Made by a program: the position numbers and the translations under genes
Shown here: piece after piece, positions 41,201 through 64,000 of the stretch
How the letters are laid out: every line of letters begins with the position of its first letter
Numbering within the stretch: the stretch's first letter is position 1
Notes under the pieces: model-generated
Database searches by the model: none
Told to the model about the DNA's origin: nothing
Seen by the model: the letters and a program-made list of their open reading frames with translations, nothing else
DNA from: Octopus vulgaris
Taxonomy: Eukaryota
Direction: 5' to 3'
DNA: 64,000 bases
NCBI GenBank assembly: GCA_951406725.2
Contig: OX597815.1
Location: 4,464,001 to 4,528,000, forward strand

Positions 41201-42385
41201 AACCATTGTCAGTGTGGGCATGAATGTGTAGCGAATTTGAAACCAGATTACTAGATAGCTGAGCAGACACCACAATGAGACCACTTTTGTTTCATATGAT
41301 CAGCAGATTAACTGACCAATCAGTGTCAAGCCATTGTGTGATTCAACTTTCTAGAACTTTCTCAATGAGCCTTAAATAAAGGTGGTTCTTGGTGGCAATC
41401 GCAGAAGGTGAGGCAGCTGCTCAACATTTCCATTCTCATTCACCACCAGCCAATGACAGATAGAAGACAGAGATTTTGTCACCGCAAATTTAGTGAGTTT
41501 ATTTTCCAGTTGAGAGGGGCCAACCACAGATTGCTATATCAGTTGAATCACTGTACGTGCCAGTGGTATGTCTCTCCTCTTGTGTAATTGTCGCTGTTTT
41601 TGTGAAAGGACCAACATGGGAGATATTATGTGCAGTAAATAAATATTCTGGACCTGGCAAATAAAGTGAGATCACATCTGTAACCAGCCAACTCGTAAAG
41701 TACCCTTGGATCATAGGGCGACATGCCGTGCTTGAGGAGACCTATTGAGTCAAGTATATCAACTTGAAAATCAAATCACAATCAAATGCAAATTGTAGTT
41801 GTGGTCCCCGTGCAGGTGGCACATAAAAAGCACCATCCGAACATGACTGGCTTCTGTGCCGGTGGCACGTAAAAGCCACCATCTGAACATGACCGATGCC
41901 AGCACCGCCTTGACTGGCTCCCATGCTGGTGGCACATAAAAAGCACCATCTGATCATGGTTGATGCCAGCCCCCTCTGGCCCCTGTGCCTGCGTCATGTA
42001 AAAAAAGGGACCCACTACACTCTCAGAGTAGTTGGCATTAGGAAGGGCATCCAGCTGTAGAAACATTGTCAGATCAGATCAGACTGGTGCCTGGTGCAGC
42101 CTCCTGGCTTTCTAGACCCCAGTTGAACCGTCCAACCCATGCCAATGGACGTTAAACGATGATGACAACGAGTGTTAATTACTTCTACATGCAGCCCTAG
42201 AAATACATTTTCATCCACCAACAGCAAGCAACTACCCGTGACTGATGCAAAATGACAATGATGATGGTGGTGGTGATGCTTTTTGTCGTTTATAGTGACA
42301 GTCATGTTGATTGGACAAGTTTGTGTGTTTGTAGAAAGAAGAATGCTCTAACAATAGTGATGTCCTTTTGTTTTTTATCTTGCAG

Positions 42386-42514
42386 ATATACATTCGACCC
42401 TGCACAAAGTCATATCTATACTCTCATGAAGAAGGACAGCTATGCACGATTCCTTCGTTCTGATGAATATAAGACTTTACTTGCCAACGCTGTACAACCA
42501 ACTGGCAAGAAAAA
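42386..42514 (+). CDS. R7-family RGS protein, exon encoding the RGS domain C-terminus
   Basis: TTTTATCTTGCAG acceptor and AA|GTGAGT donor; 129 nt, phase 2-2; [28 protein letters not shown]. Confidence 0.95.
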
Positions 42515-44225
42515 GTGAGTTTTATTCTTAAAATTTTGCCTTGTTCTATTTACTTTCTTTTTTTTCCTTCGCTCTATTTATTTATTTTTATAAAAATGCA
42601 CCATCTGATTGTGGCCGTTGCCAGCTTCGTCTGGCCCTGTGCCAGTGGCACGTAAAAAGCACCATCCGATCGTGGCCGTTTGCCAGCCTTGTCTGGCACC
42701 TGTGCCGGTGGCACGTAAAAAGCACCCACTACACTCAAGGAGTGGTTGGCGTTAGGAAGGGCATCCAGCTGTAGAAACATTGCCAGATCAGACTGGAGCC
42801 TGGTGTAGCCTCCTGGCTTCCCAGACCCCGGTCAAACCGTCAAACCCATGCCAATGGACGTTAAACGATGATGATGATGATATTTCATTCTTTTTCTTCT
42901 GGTCAGTCTAGATTGGAGGAAATAGCCTAGTGACAATATAGAATTCCTCACATTTTTGGAAATAATCTAGCAGAGATGCTTGATATACAAGTGTGTGTGT
43001 GTGTGTGTGTGTGGTTGTGTGGATGGGAAGTTGTTGCCCCCCCACCCCATGTTCTGCTGGTACTTATTTTATTGAAACCCCACACCCCAACCCCAAGATG
43101 AAAGGCAGAATCAACTTTGGTAGAATTCAAACTCAGAATGTAAAAACGAATAAAATGCCATGAACCATTTTGACTCGTGTGGTAATGATTCTCCTAGTTC
43201 ACCTTAGTCACAGAGCTAATTGCTAATTAGGAAAAGGTAAAACCACCTGGATTTGACATTGAGCCCTTTCACACAGTTTTATTGGTCCCAACAGGTTAAA
43301 AGGCAATGTCAACCGATGGCATAGACTCAACTTAGAATATACAGAAATCACAAGTAAATGGAAATTGTAGTTGTGGCCGATGCCAGTGTTGCCTGGCTGG
43401 CTCCCATACTGGTGTCACACAATAAGCACCATTCATGTGTGGGTTGTTGCCAGTGTCGCCTAAATAGCTCGCCGTGCTGGTGGCACATAAAAAGCACCGT
43501 CCAAATGTGGTTGATGCCAGCCCTCCGGCCCCAACTGGTTCCTGTGCCAGAAGCATGTAAAAAGCACCATCCGAACATGGCCAATGCCAGTGCCCCGCAA
43601 CTGGCTCCCATGCTGGTGGTATGTATAACACATGTATGTATGTATGTATGTATGGCGGCGAGCTGGCAGAAACGTTAGCACACCGGTCGAGGCGGCGCTG
43701 GCATCGGCCACGAGTCGGATAGTGCTTTTTACGTACCACCAGACCAGGGATCCTGGCTGGTTCAATTTGATTTCGATTTGTTAAAAAAAACTCAGACAGT
43801 TGATAGTTTTGTACCTGGAGTTAAAAAGAAGGATGCAAAATGTTTAGGGAGTTATTCTACAGCTTCTACAAGTAACAAAGGGTGTCCATGTCAGAGTTAA
43901 GGGTAGATTGTATGATATTTCAGTTCTATAGCAGGGAAAGCGGACGTTAAATGATGATGATGATGATGGAGATTAAACCATTAGTATTCAAACCAACCAT
44001 ATCAGGCTGAAATATTCTGTCTGTTTTATGTTCAACCTGACCAGATCAGGCTTCTCATACTTATCCTACAGTGTCGTTATTAAAATTAACAGTCACATCA
44101 TCGAAATCTCAAAGCTACAAGATATTATTGCATGATTGATTCAAAACAGTGTGAATAAATAAGCAACGCATTTGAATGTTGAAAGAAGCCCATCATACAT
44201 ATGTGTGTGTGTGTATGTATATATA

Positions 44226-44452
44226 TTTCTTTACTACCCACGAGGGGCTAAACATAGAGGGGACAAACAAGCACAGACAAACGGACTAAGTCGATTACAT
44301 CGACCCCAGTGCGTAACTGGTACTTAATTTATCGACCCCGAAAGGATGAAAGGCAAAGTCGACCTCGGCGGAATTTGAACTCAGAACGTAACGACAGACG
44401 AAATACAGCTACGCATTTTGCCCGGCGTACTAACGTTTCTGCCAGCTCGCCG

Positions 44453-44454
<2 letters not shown>
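44226..44454 (-). mobile_element. Nin-domain tRNA-related SINE; diverged copies ~14265-14450 and ~43050-43200
   Basis: Minus strand GGCGGCGAGCTGGCAGAA...GAGTTCAAATTCC...GCCTTTCATCCTTTCGGGGTCGATAAATTAAGTACCAG (Nin-like central domain). Confidence 0.7.
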
Positions 44455-44486
<32 letters not shown>

Positions 44487-46322
44487 TGACATATACACAC
44501 ACAGCTAAGGAACTGAAAATACCAGACTTAGAAAAGTAATCTGAATGCTAAAGGGTTAAGTGGTGAGGACAGATCTGAAGGGACTGAAGGAGATGATTGG
44601 TCACAAAGTATTGTGGAGGAAAAGACCCAGTCAACCCCCATTCAAGCACTGACAAACAATCATCATCGTTAACATCCGCTTTCCATGCTGGCATGGGTTG
44701 GACGGTTTGGCTGAGGGCTGGCCAGCCAGGAGGCTGCACCAGGCTCCAATCTACAGCTAGATGCCCTTCCTAACACCAACCACTCCCAAGAGTGTAGTGG
44801 GGGCTTGTAGGTGCCACTGGCATGAGGGTCAGTCAGGCAGTACTGGCATCAGCCATGCTCAAATGGTGCTTTTTACATACCATCTGCACATGAGCCAGTC
44901 CGGTGGCACTGGCAACGATATAGATGTAAAAATGATAATGGCATTGATTGAGATGAGGATGTATAATAACCATATTTGCAATCTCCCCACCCGCATCATT
45001 TAGTTTATATTAAATCCTCATGTAGCCTCTTCCCTCCTCATTCTCTCTTGCATCCCTCATCTCACTTCATCTCAGTAAATCTCCTTACCCCATGAGCATG
45101 TGTGTGTGTGTGTATAAAAAAGTTTTCAGACCCCCACTGAGAAATCTTTTCTGCTGCTGTCTAACAATCAGGGAGGCTACACCCTTGGGAAGGTGTGTCG
45201 AGAGACTGGTTGCCTTCAACTGCATGCCTGATCTAAGTCCCTACAACCGAGGGGTGGGGTGGGGCAGAAATCTTTTGAAGGCATGTGTATATTATGCATT
45301 TGCAGTACATACATACATGCATATACACACACACATAAGCGGGATGGCTTATATAAACAAAACTTAGAGAAATATCTCTCGCACACCACTTCAAATTAGA
45401 ATATGATTGGAGAAACTTCAGTGCAAGTTTTCTGAATCTGTGTGTATAAAGATATATATATACACACACACACACTCACACACACATACCTATATATATG
45501 CAGACATTAAATGATGAAGATGGTAGAAGCTTTGAGTGTTATTAAGGATAGGAAATGTATAAACTTAAAAGCAGGTATTTTCAGTGAATACATATTTTAG
45601 GGGTTCACAAAAGAATGTAAGTAGGGGGTATGTTTTAGCTGGTCAGTTTCTTGTTATGCTTACCTTGACATCATTGGTTTGTTTATCTCAGAAGAATGTC
45701 TGAGAGTAGCAGAGTGTCTGGAAGGGATATGGAAAGGGACAACCTGTAGCATATATACAAGAATGGGAATATGAGAGTGATGGCCAAAGGAAGGGGGATG
45801 TGTGTGTGTGTTTGTATACATATGTGTGTGCATACATATATATATATATATATATAGGCACAGGAGTGGCTGTAAGAAGCTTGCTTCCCAAACACATGGT
45901 TCTGGGTTCAGTTCCACTACGTGGCACCTTGGGCAAGTGTCTTCTACTATTGCCTCGGGCCGACCAAAGCCTTGTGAGTGGATTTGGCAGACGGAAACTG
46001 AAAGAAAACATATATATATGTGTGTGTGTGTGTGTGTATGTATTTGTGTCTGTCCCCCCCAACCATTGCTTGACAACCAATATTAGTGTGCTTATGTCCC
46101 CATAACTTAGCAGCTCGGCAAAAGAGACTGATAGAATAAGTACTAGGCTTACAAAGAATAAGTCCTGGGGTTGATCTGTTCGACTAAAGGCAATGCTCCA
46201 GTCTGGCCGCAGTCAAATGACTGAAACAAGTAAAAAAAAAATTAAAATGTATGTTTGCATATATGTATTTCTTTTACTCGTTTCACACATTGGGCAGTGG
46301 CCATGCTGGAGCAGCACCTTGA

Positions 46323-46501
46323 CAGGTTTGGTCAAACAAATTAATACCAGGACTTTTCTAAGTCTGGTATTTTCAGTTCCTTTTGCAATGGCAGGAGACA
46401 AACATACATAGCAGGTTTGGTCAAACAAATTAATACCAGGACTTTTCTAAGTCTGGTATTTTCAGTTCCTTTTGCAATGGCAGGAGACAAACATACATAG
46501 C
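46323..46501. repeat. Exact 89-bp tandem duplication within a SINE remnant
   Basis: CAGGTTTGGTCAAACAAATTAATACC...CATACATAG at 46323 and 46412. Confidence 0.9.
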
Positions 46502-46548
46502 TGTGTGTGTATATGTGTCAGTGTGTGTGTATATATATATATATATAT

Positions 46549-47120
46549 AATAAAATATTAGGGAATAAATCCAAATTTACAGGGAAAAATCAGATTTAGG
46601 ATTGAATCCAATTTTATAGTAAAATATTATATAATATTAATTAGAGACAAAACCACTATTTTGTAAATCAAACAAGGAAAGACTTAATCAATACATAAAA
46701 AAAGTTTAATATAAAGTAAATAAATCGCCACTACAATTGTTTCCTGTCTTCAAATGACATTCATCAGGTGGATTTCATATCTAAAAATATCAATTTTTTA
46801 AAAAATAAATTTAAAATGGCTAAAACTATAAATAATATAAATTTATCAATGAAAAAAATATATATAAATATATAATCTATATATAATCAATATATAATCA
46901 AGAACTAAAATAACCTCTATAAACAATTGAATATAAAGAAACCTATTATTAAAGTTCTCATATTTAAAGATGAAGAATCTAAATTCAAAAAACAAAAATA
47001 AAAACAAACTATATATACACACATGCTCATACACATATATCTAAGTATATATAAACATATCTAAATACATACACTAACTCACACTCCCATACAGATAAAT
47101 AAATAAATATATATACATCC

Positions 47121-47162
<42 letters not shown>

Positions 47163-47844
47163 ACTCACACATATCATGTAATACACATATATATAAAAAT
47201 ACACACATTCACAAAAAAAAAAATAAAATAAATGAATATTAATTATATGTATATATGAGTGTGTACACACAAACGGGTGCAATCTCACGCACATTCAAAC
47301 ATGCATGTATACAATCACACTCAATTACCACAATATATAGGGAACAACCATCCATAAACACCCTAAACACCTAGTAGCTCCCATTCATCCAAAGCAACAA
47401 ATCTAATATAAATAAAGTTTTAACTTACCAGACTCAATACTCCATAAACAGTTATATATTAATATACATTAATAATAAATTAATTAATACAAATAAATAC
47501 CAACTAAATCCTAATTGTAAATAAAACCTAAACTACATAAAGAATTATAATGGTACTCTAAACATAAAATTAATATACTAATGTAACCTTTAATAGGGAG
47601 CTATTAATGTTATTAAAATAATTATTTATCATGAAACTTATTATATAGGTAAAGTAACCTATGTCTGCATTTTATTTTGCGCTCTTCACCTGTATTAAGT
47701 AAATTATCATACTTATAAAATAAAATTTCCCTAAACTCATTAGAGCATAAATAACAAAAATTCGCTCCTATAGTATATGATTTAGTTTTACAAATTATTT
47801 CTCATGATAAACTATAATTAATATTTTGTGATTTAAGTCTCCAA

Positions 47845-47849
<5 letters not shown>
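46549..47849 (-). mobile_element. 5'-truncated Penelope-like retroelement: endonuclease-region C-terminus plus 3' region with hammerhead motif, flanked by (TA)n
   Basis: 47849-47622 translates YIWRLKSQNINYSLS*EIICKTKSYTIGANFCYLCSNEFREILFYKYDNLLNTGEERKIKCRHR...; the IW.LK...W.I...CxLC..E...LLN...E....CRH pattern matches my recollection of Penelope-like GIY-YIG C-termini. A hammerhead lies downstream. Confidence 0.7.
46728..46771 (-). ncRNA. Minimal type I hammerhead ribozyme motif
   Basis: Minus strand CCAC-CUGAUGA-A-UGUC-AUUUGAA-GACA-G-GAA-ACAAUUGU-A-GUGG: stem I CCAC/GUGG, intact core, stem II UGUC/GACA (closing pair A.G mismatched), palindromic stem III, GUA cleavage triplet. Confidence 0.75.
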
Positions 47850-47879
<30 letters not shown>

Positions 47880-48589
47880 AGTCTCCAAATATATATACAC
47901 ACACACACGCATGATGGGCTTCTTTCAGTTTTCTTCTATCAAATCCACTAACAATGCTTTGTTTAGCCCAGGGCTATGGCAGAAGATACTTGCCCATACA
48001 ACCCCACCTGTGTGTGTTTTGTGTGGGAATGCTACATGACTAGAGGGTTACATGAGTGAAGAACATGCATACATGTGTAGGAATGCTTTAGCAACTGTGC
48101 GCATGAATATGTACACATGAATGCGATTGCATATTTGCATGCATGTGTTATGCGTATGAGTGTGGCAGTTAACGAGCTATAGAATGAATGACAACCCCCC
48201 ACCATCACTACCACCACCACCACCACCAATCTGCTCACCAGATGACGCTAGCTTAATGAATATATCAGCTCGGGGAACAGCCTTTGGTTAATTAGTGCAT
48301 GATACAAAGTTGACAACAACAACCACAACAACTATTCCAGCAATATAAAACAAACAAACAAACAACAATACCAAAAACAGCTACTGTTGAATGGAGTTTG
48401 AAACCAATAAGCGACTCTCTATACCAGTTATACTCAAAGTGGGCGGAACCATTCTTGGGGGCGGGCAGTGGAAGATGTTATGATGATACTAGAGGCAAAG
48501 GGGTTGGTGGGGGTAGATAGATTCATCTCTAAGGTTTTTTTTTTTTTTTCTTTTCAGGTTTTTGTCTTTTATTTAAACATTATCATGTG

Positions 48590-60975
<12,386 letters not shown>

Positions 60976-61038
60976 AGATTTTTTGATTAATTGTGAATCA
61001 ATTTCACACTTACTGTTATAAAGCACTTAATCTTCAAT

Positions 61039-61082
<44 letters not shown>

Positions 61083-62936
61083 ATTGTATGTATATATATG
61101 TTTTTTTTTTTCAATATATATGTGTATATATATATATATATATGTCAAAGGAGTACAAAAAATATGACAAGAACACAAAACATCCAGACAGACAATACAA
61201 AAAAGGGACAAGAAAAAATAAAAACAGGCCATTCGGAGTTTTCTTTTCTCAGTCAAGTTCCAGATTATCTTTGCAATTTCAGCTGGTTATACTCGCGATT
61301 GCTCCAATCTGGCCAGCCCCAAGGAAAAACTAAGCTAAGAGCACTAGATACCTTGGAAGAAAGCAGCGAATGTATATACGAAAACAAGGACAGAAAAGAA
61401 ACGAGAAATTGTACCCAAATGCAAATAAAGAACATTGACAACAGGTGTCTTTCGACTAAGGATAAATTAAATTAAGCTGGCATGTGTGGAATTGAAGCCT
61501 TACAGCAGGGACATCAGAGATGACAGGCATAGGGAGGAATATAGATGTTGCAGAGATAGTACTCGAACCAAGAAAGAAAGGTCAGGCTTGGCCGAACACT
61601 GGTCACGTGGGGAGAGAAGAGAGAGAAGTAGAGACAGAATTATGGAGGGGCGAAAAAAAATGAAAGAGACAAAGTAAAAGAGGAAGGTAGGCCAAGAAAT
61701 GTGAGAGAAGGGGTACGAAAGAACGAAGTAAATGTGAAGGGGCTGATAGACAGACACACAGACGTATGCGTGTGTTTGACCCCCTCCTACTTGACAGTTG
61801 GTGTTGGTTTGTTTACATTCCTGTACCATAGCAATTTAGTAAAACACAATATAATAACTTCCAAATTTCAATAAAGAAGTACTAGGGTTGATTTGTTCAA
61901 CTAATCCTTCAAGATGGGCCCCAGCATGGCCACTACCCAATGGTTGAAACAAGTAAATGATAAAAGATATCACCTGTGTCTATACAATTCCCTTATAGTT
62001 GGGTGGTGCTGTGGTAAGTAGATACCCTCCTCAAACTAGTACCCATTGCTAAATCTATTTTATGCATGTACATTAAAAACGGCAGGGGGCATTGAATCGC
62101 TACAAGGAGGGCATTAACCCTTTATCATTTAAACTGGCCATATCCAGCCCAAATATTCCACCTGTTCTACCTTAAAACTGACCAGATCCCACCTCTCACA
62201 CCTACCCTACAAAATAATGCATGATTAATTCAAAACAAGGTGAATAAACAGGTAATACATTTGACAAAGAAAGTGTTAGCAAAAAGAGAAGCACTGTTCT
62301 GTATTCTGCTAGAAATAACAGCCAAAAGGTCATGGCGGGAATACTTTTGAACATAAGTTAGCGCAATTCAACATTGATTTGAGACCAAAGGCACTTTCTT
62401 CTGAATTTCATATAATAGTGATGCAGTGTTAGAACATATTCTCAAGATATAAAAGGGTGGATGATAGGGGTATGGAGACAGAGGAACAGGTGAGGGGGGG
62501 GCATATCATCATCATCATTGTTTAATGCCCATTTTCCATGCTGGCATGGGTTGGGCAGTTTGACTGAGGGCTGGCAAGCCAAGAGGCTGCACCAGGCTCC
62601 AGTCTGATCTGGCAGTGTTTCTACAGCTGGATGCCCTTCCTAATGCCAACCACTCCGTGAGTGTAGTGGGTGCTTTTTACGTGCCACCGACACAGGTGCC
62701 AGACGAGTCTGGCAAATGGCCACGAACGGATGGTGCTTTTTATGTGCCACCGGCACATCAATGATGATGATGATATATATATATGATGATGATGATATAT
62801 ATATATGATGATGATGATATATATGTGTGTACACACACAATCTACTTTCTCAGACAAAAACCTGATTTTTCTTTAGTTTGTTTTTTTTTTATATTTATTT
62901 ATTTTTCTTAATTCCTTTTTGTTTTTCTCTTTGCAG

Positions 62937-63117
62937 GTTCTTCTCTTTTACAAGTACCAAAAAACGTACCCCAACCCCTAGCCCTCTCATGAAACGTAGA
63001 GGTAGCACCTCAAGTGACCACTCCGAAATGGGTCTCGGAGCTCCTGGCGCTCCGTGTCATTCCTATAGTACTGGAAACCTAAAGGATATCGGAAATAACA
63101 CAGCTGCATACAAGTAA
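62937..63117 (+). CDS. R7-family RGS protein, post-RGS C-terminal exon (FFSFTSTKKRTPTPSPLMKRRGSTSSDHSEMG...AAYK*); terminal or further spliced
   Basis: Long pyrimidine tract ending TTGCAG; phase compatible with the donor at 42514; non-repetitive open frame to TAA 63115-63117, which overlaps a possible GTAACT donor at 63114. Confidence 0.75.
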
Positions 63118-64000
63118 CTAAAAGCACCATTCCTTCGCAAACACGGAATCGTGGACTTAGTCAACTTGGCCTCTTTTCAATTTTTGTTTACGGTTTTTTG
63201 CCCCCCAACTTTTTTGTGCATCATGCCCTTTTAATCATTTCTGTTGGCATTTTTTCTCATTTTTACCTAATTTTTCCTCTTATAAACCCATTGATTTCTA
63301 ACTACTGCCACAAACTACCAGTTTTTGGTCGCATTTAAAAAAAAAAAAATTCTTTTCACCCTTTTTTTCATTTATCTAATTTTGTTTGTTCGTTATGATA
63401 ATGTAATTACTTTAATCATTATCATCATCTTGATTGTTATATTGCGGCAATGCTAATTCTTTGTCAAGTTGTTGTAATTACAGAGATCCTTCGTGTGTTA
63501 CTTGTTCCGTTCCCTTGTTTTTTACTATTTTCGATGTTAATTTTTGTGTTTATAATTCTTGTTATTTTTATTGTTATTTTATTATCATCATTTATTAAAT
63601 GTGAAAAAAAAAAAACTGTTGTTATTGTTGTTGTTGTTACTGTCGTTTTTGTTAGTTTTTATTTGCATTTCCCCCTTTCCTTTTTCCGTGTGAAGGCATG
63701 TTCCATTGTCTCCATGTTTAACCATTATTCCTGTTATTGATTCAGTTCTTGCAATCCCCACCGATATTGAAAAACTGCTCCCCCTACATGCCATGCTTCT
63801 AACTTAATTCAGTGATGGGGTGGTTGCGTAGTAAGAAGTTTGTTTCCCAACCATATGGTTCGGGGTTCAGTCCCACTATGTGGCACCTCGGGCAAGCATC
63901 ATCTTCTATAGACTTGGCCTGACTAAAGCCCTGTGGGTGGATTTGGTAGATGGAAACTAAAAGAAGTTCATCATGTGTGTGTGTGTTTGCCCCCATCCCC

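Noticed and set aside
42512-42518. Stop immediately on intron read-through as a designed short isoform
   Set aside because: Any phase-2 GTGA/GTAA donor gives an in-frame stop; the same is seen at the other donors, so it is not evidence by itself.
47802-47804. In-frame TGA as selenocysteine in the Penelope-like ORF
   Set aside because: It falls where Trp is expected (TGG>TGA); a nonsense mutation in a truncated copy is simpler, and no SECIS was identified.
61145-61740. Purine-rich non-coding stretch with short ORFs
   Set aside because: No recognisable protein or element ends; possibly an interspersed repeat, but this cannot be shown from the window.

Overview
Eukaryotic, repeat-rich animal genomic DNA; the SINE/LINE families suggest an octopus-like cephalopod (inference). 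The only host gene I can support is a + strand R7-family RGS protein (GGL + RGS domains; RGS6/7/9/11, EGL-10/EAT-16 group). Five GT-AG exons (19341-19402, 33693-33806, 37934-38227, 42386-42514, 62937-63117) splice into one open frame; the upstream DEP/DHEX exons were not found. The rest appears to be intron, filled with about 30 copies of an RTE-LINE 3'-end family, tRNA-derived CORE- and Nin-type SINEs, CR1 and RTE fragments, a near-complete IR/DR Tc1 (DD34E) transposon, hAT, piggyBac and Helitron MITEs, and Penelope-like remnants. Most notable: a Penelope-like element carrying a minimal hammerhead ribozyme (plus several degenerate hammerhead-like and foldback remnants), a 3.8-kb 66-bp minisatellite with higher-order structure that arose inside a LINE 3'UTR, and a ~12.4-kb compound (TG)n tract on the sense strand of the last intron. 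I found no evidence of a wholly new system; the very long ORFs in the track are repeat artefacts.
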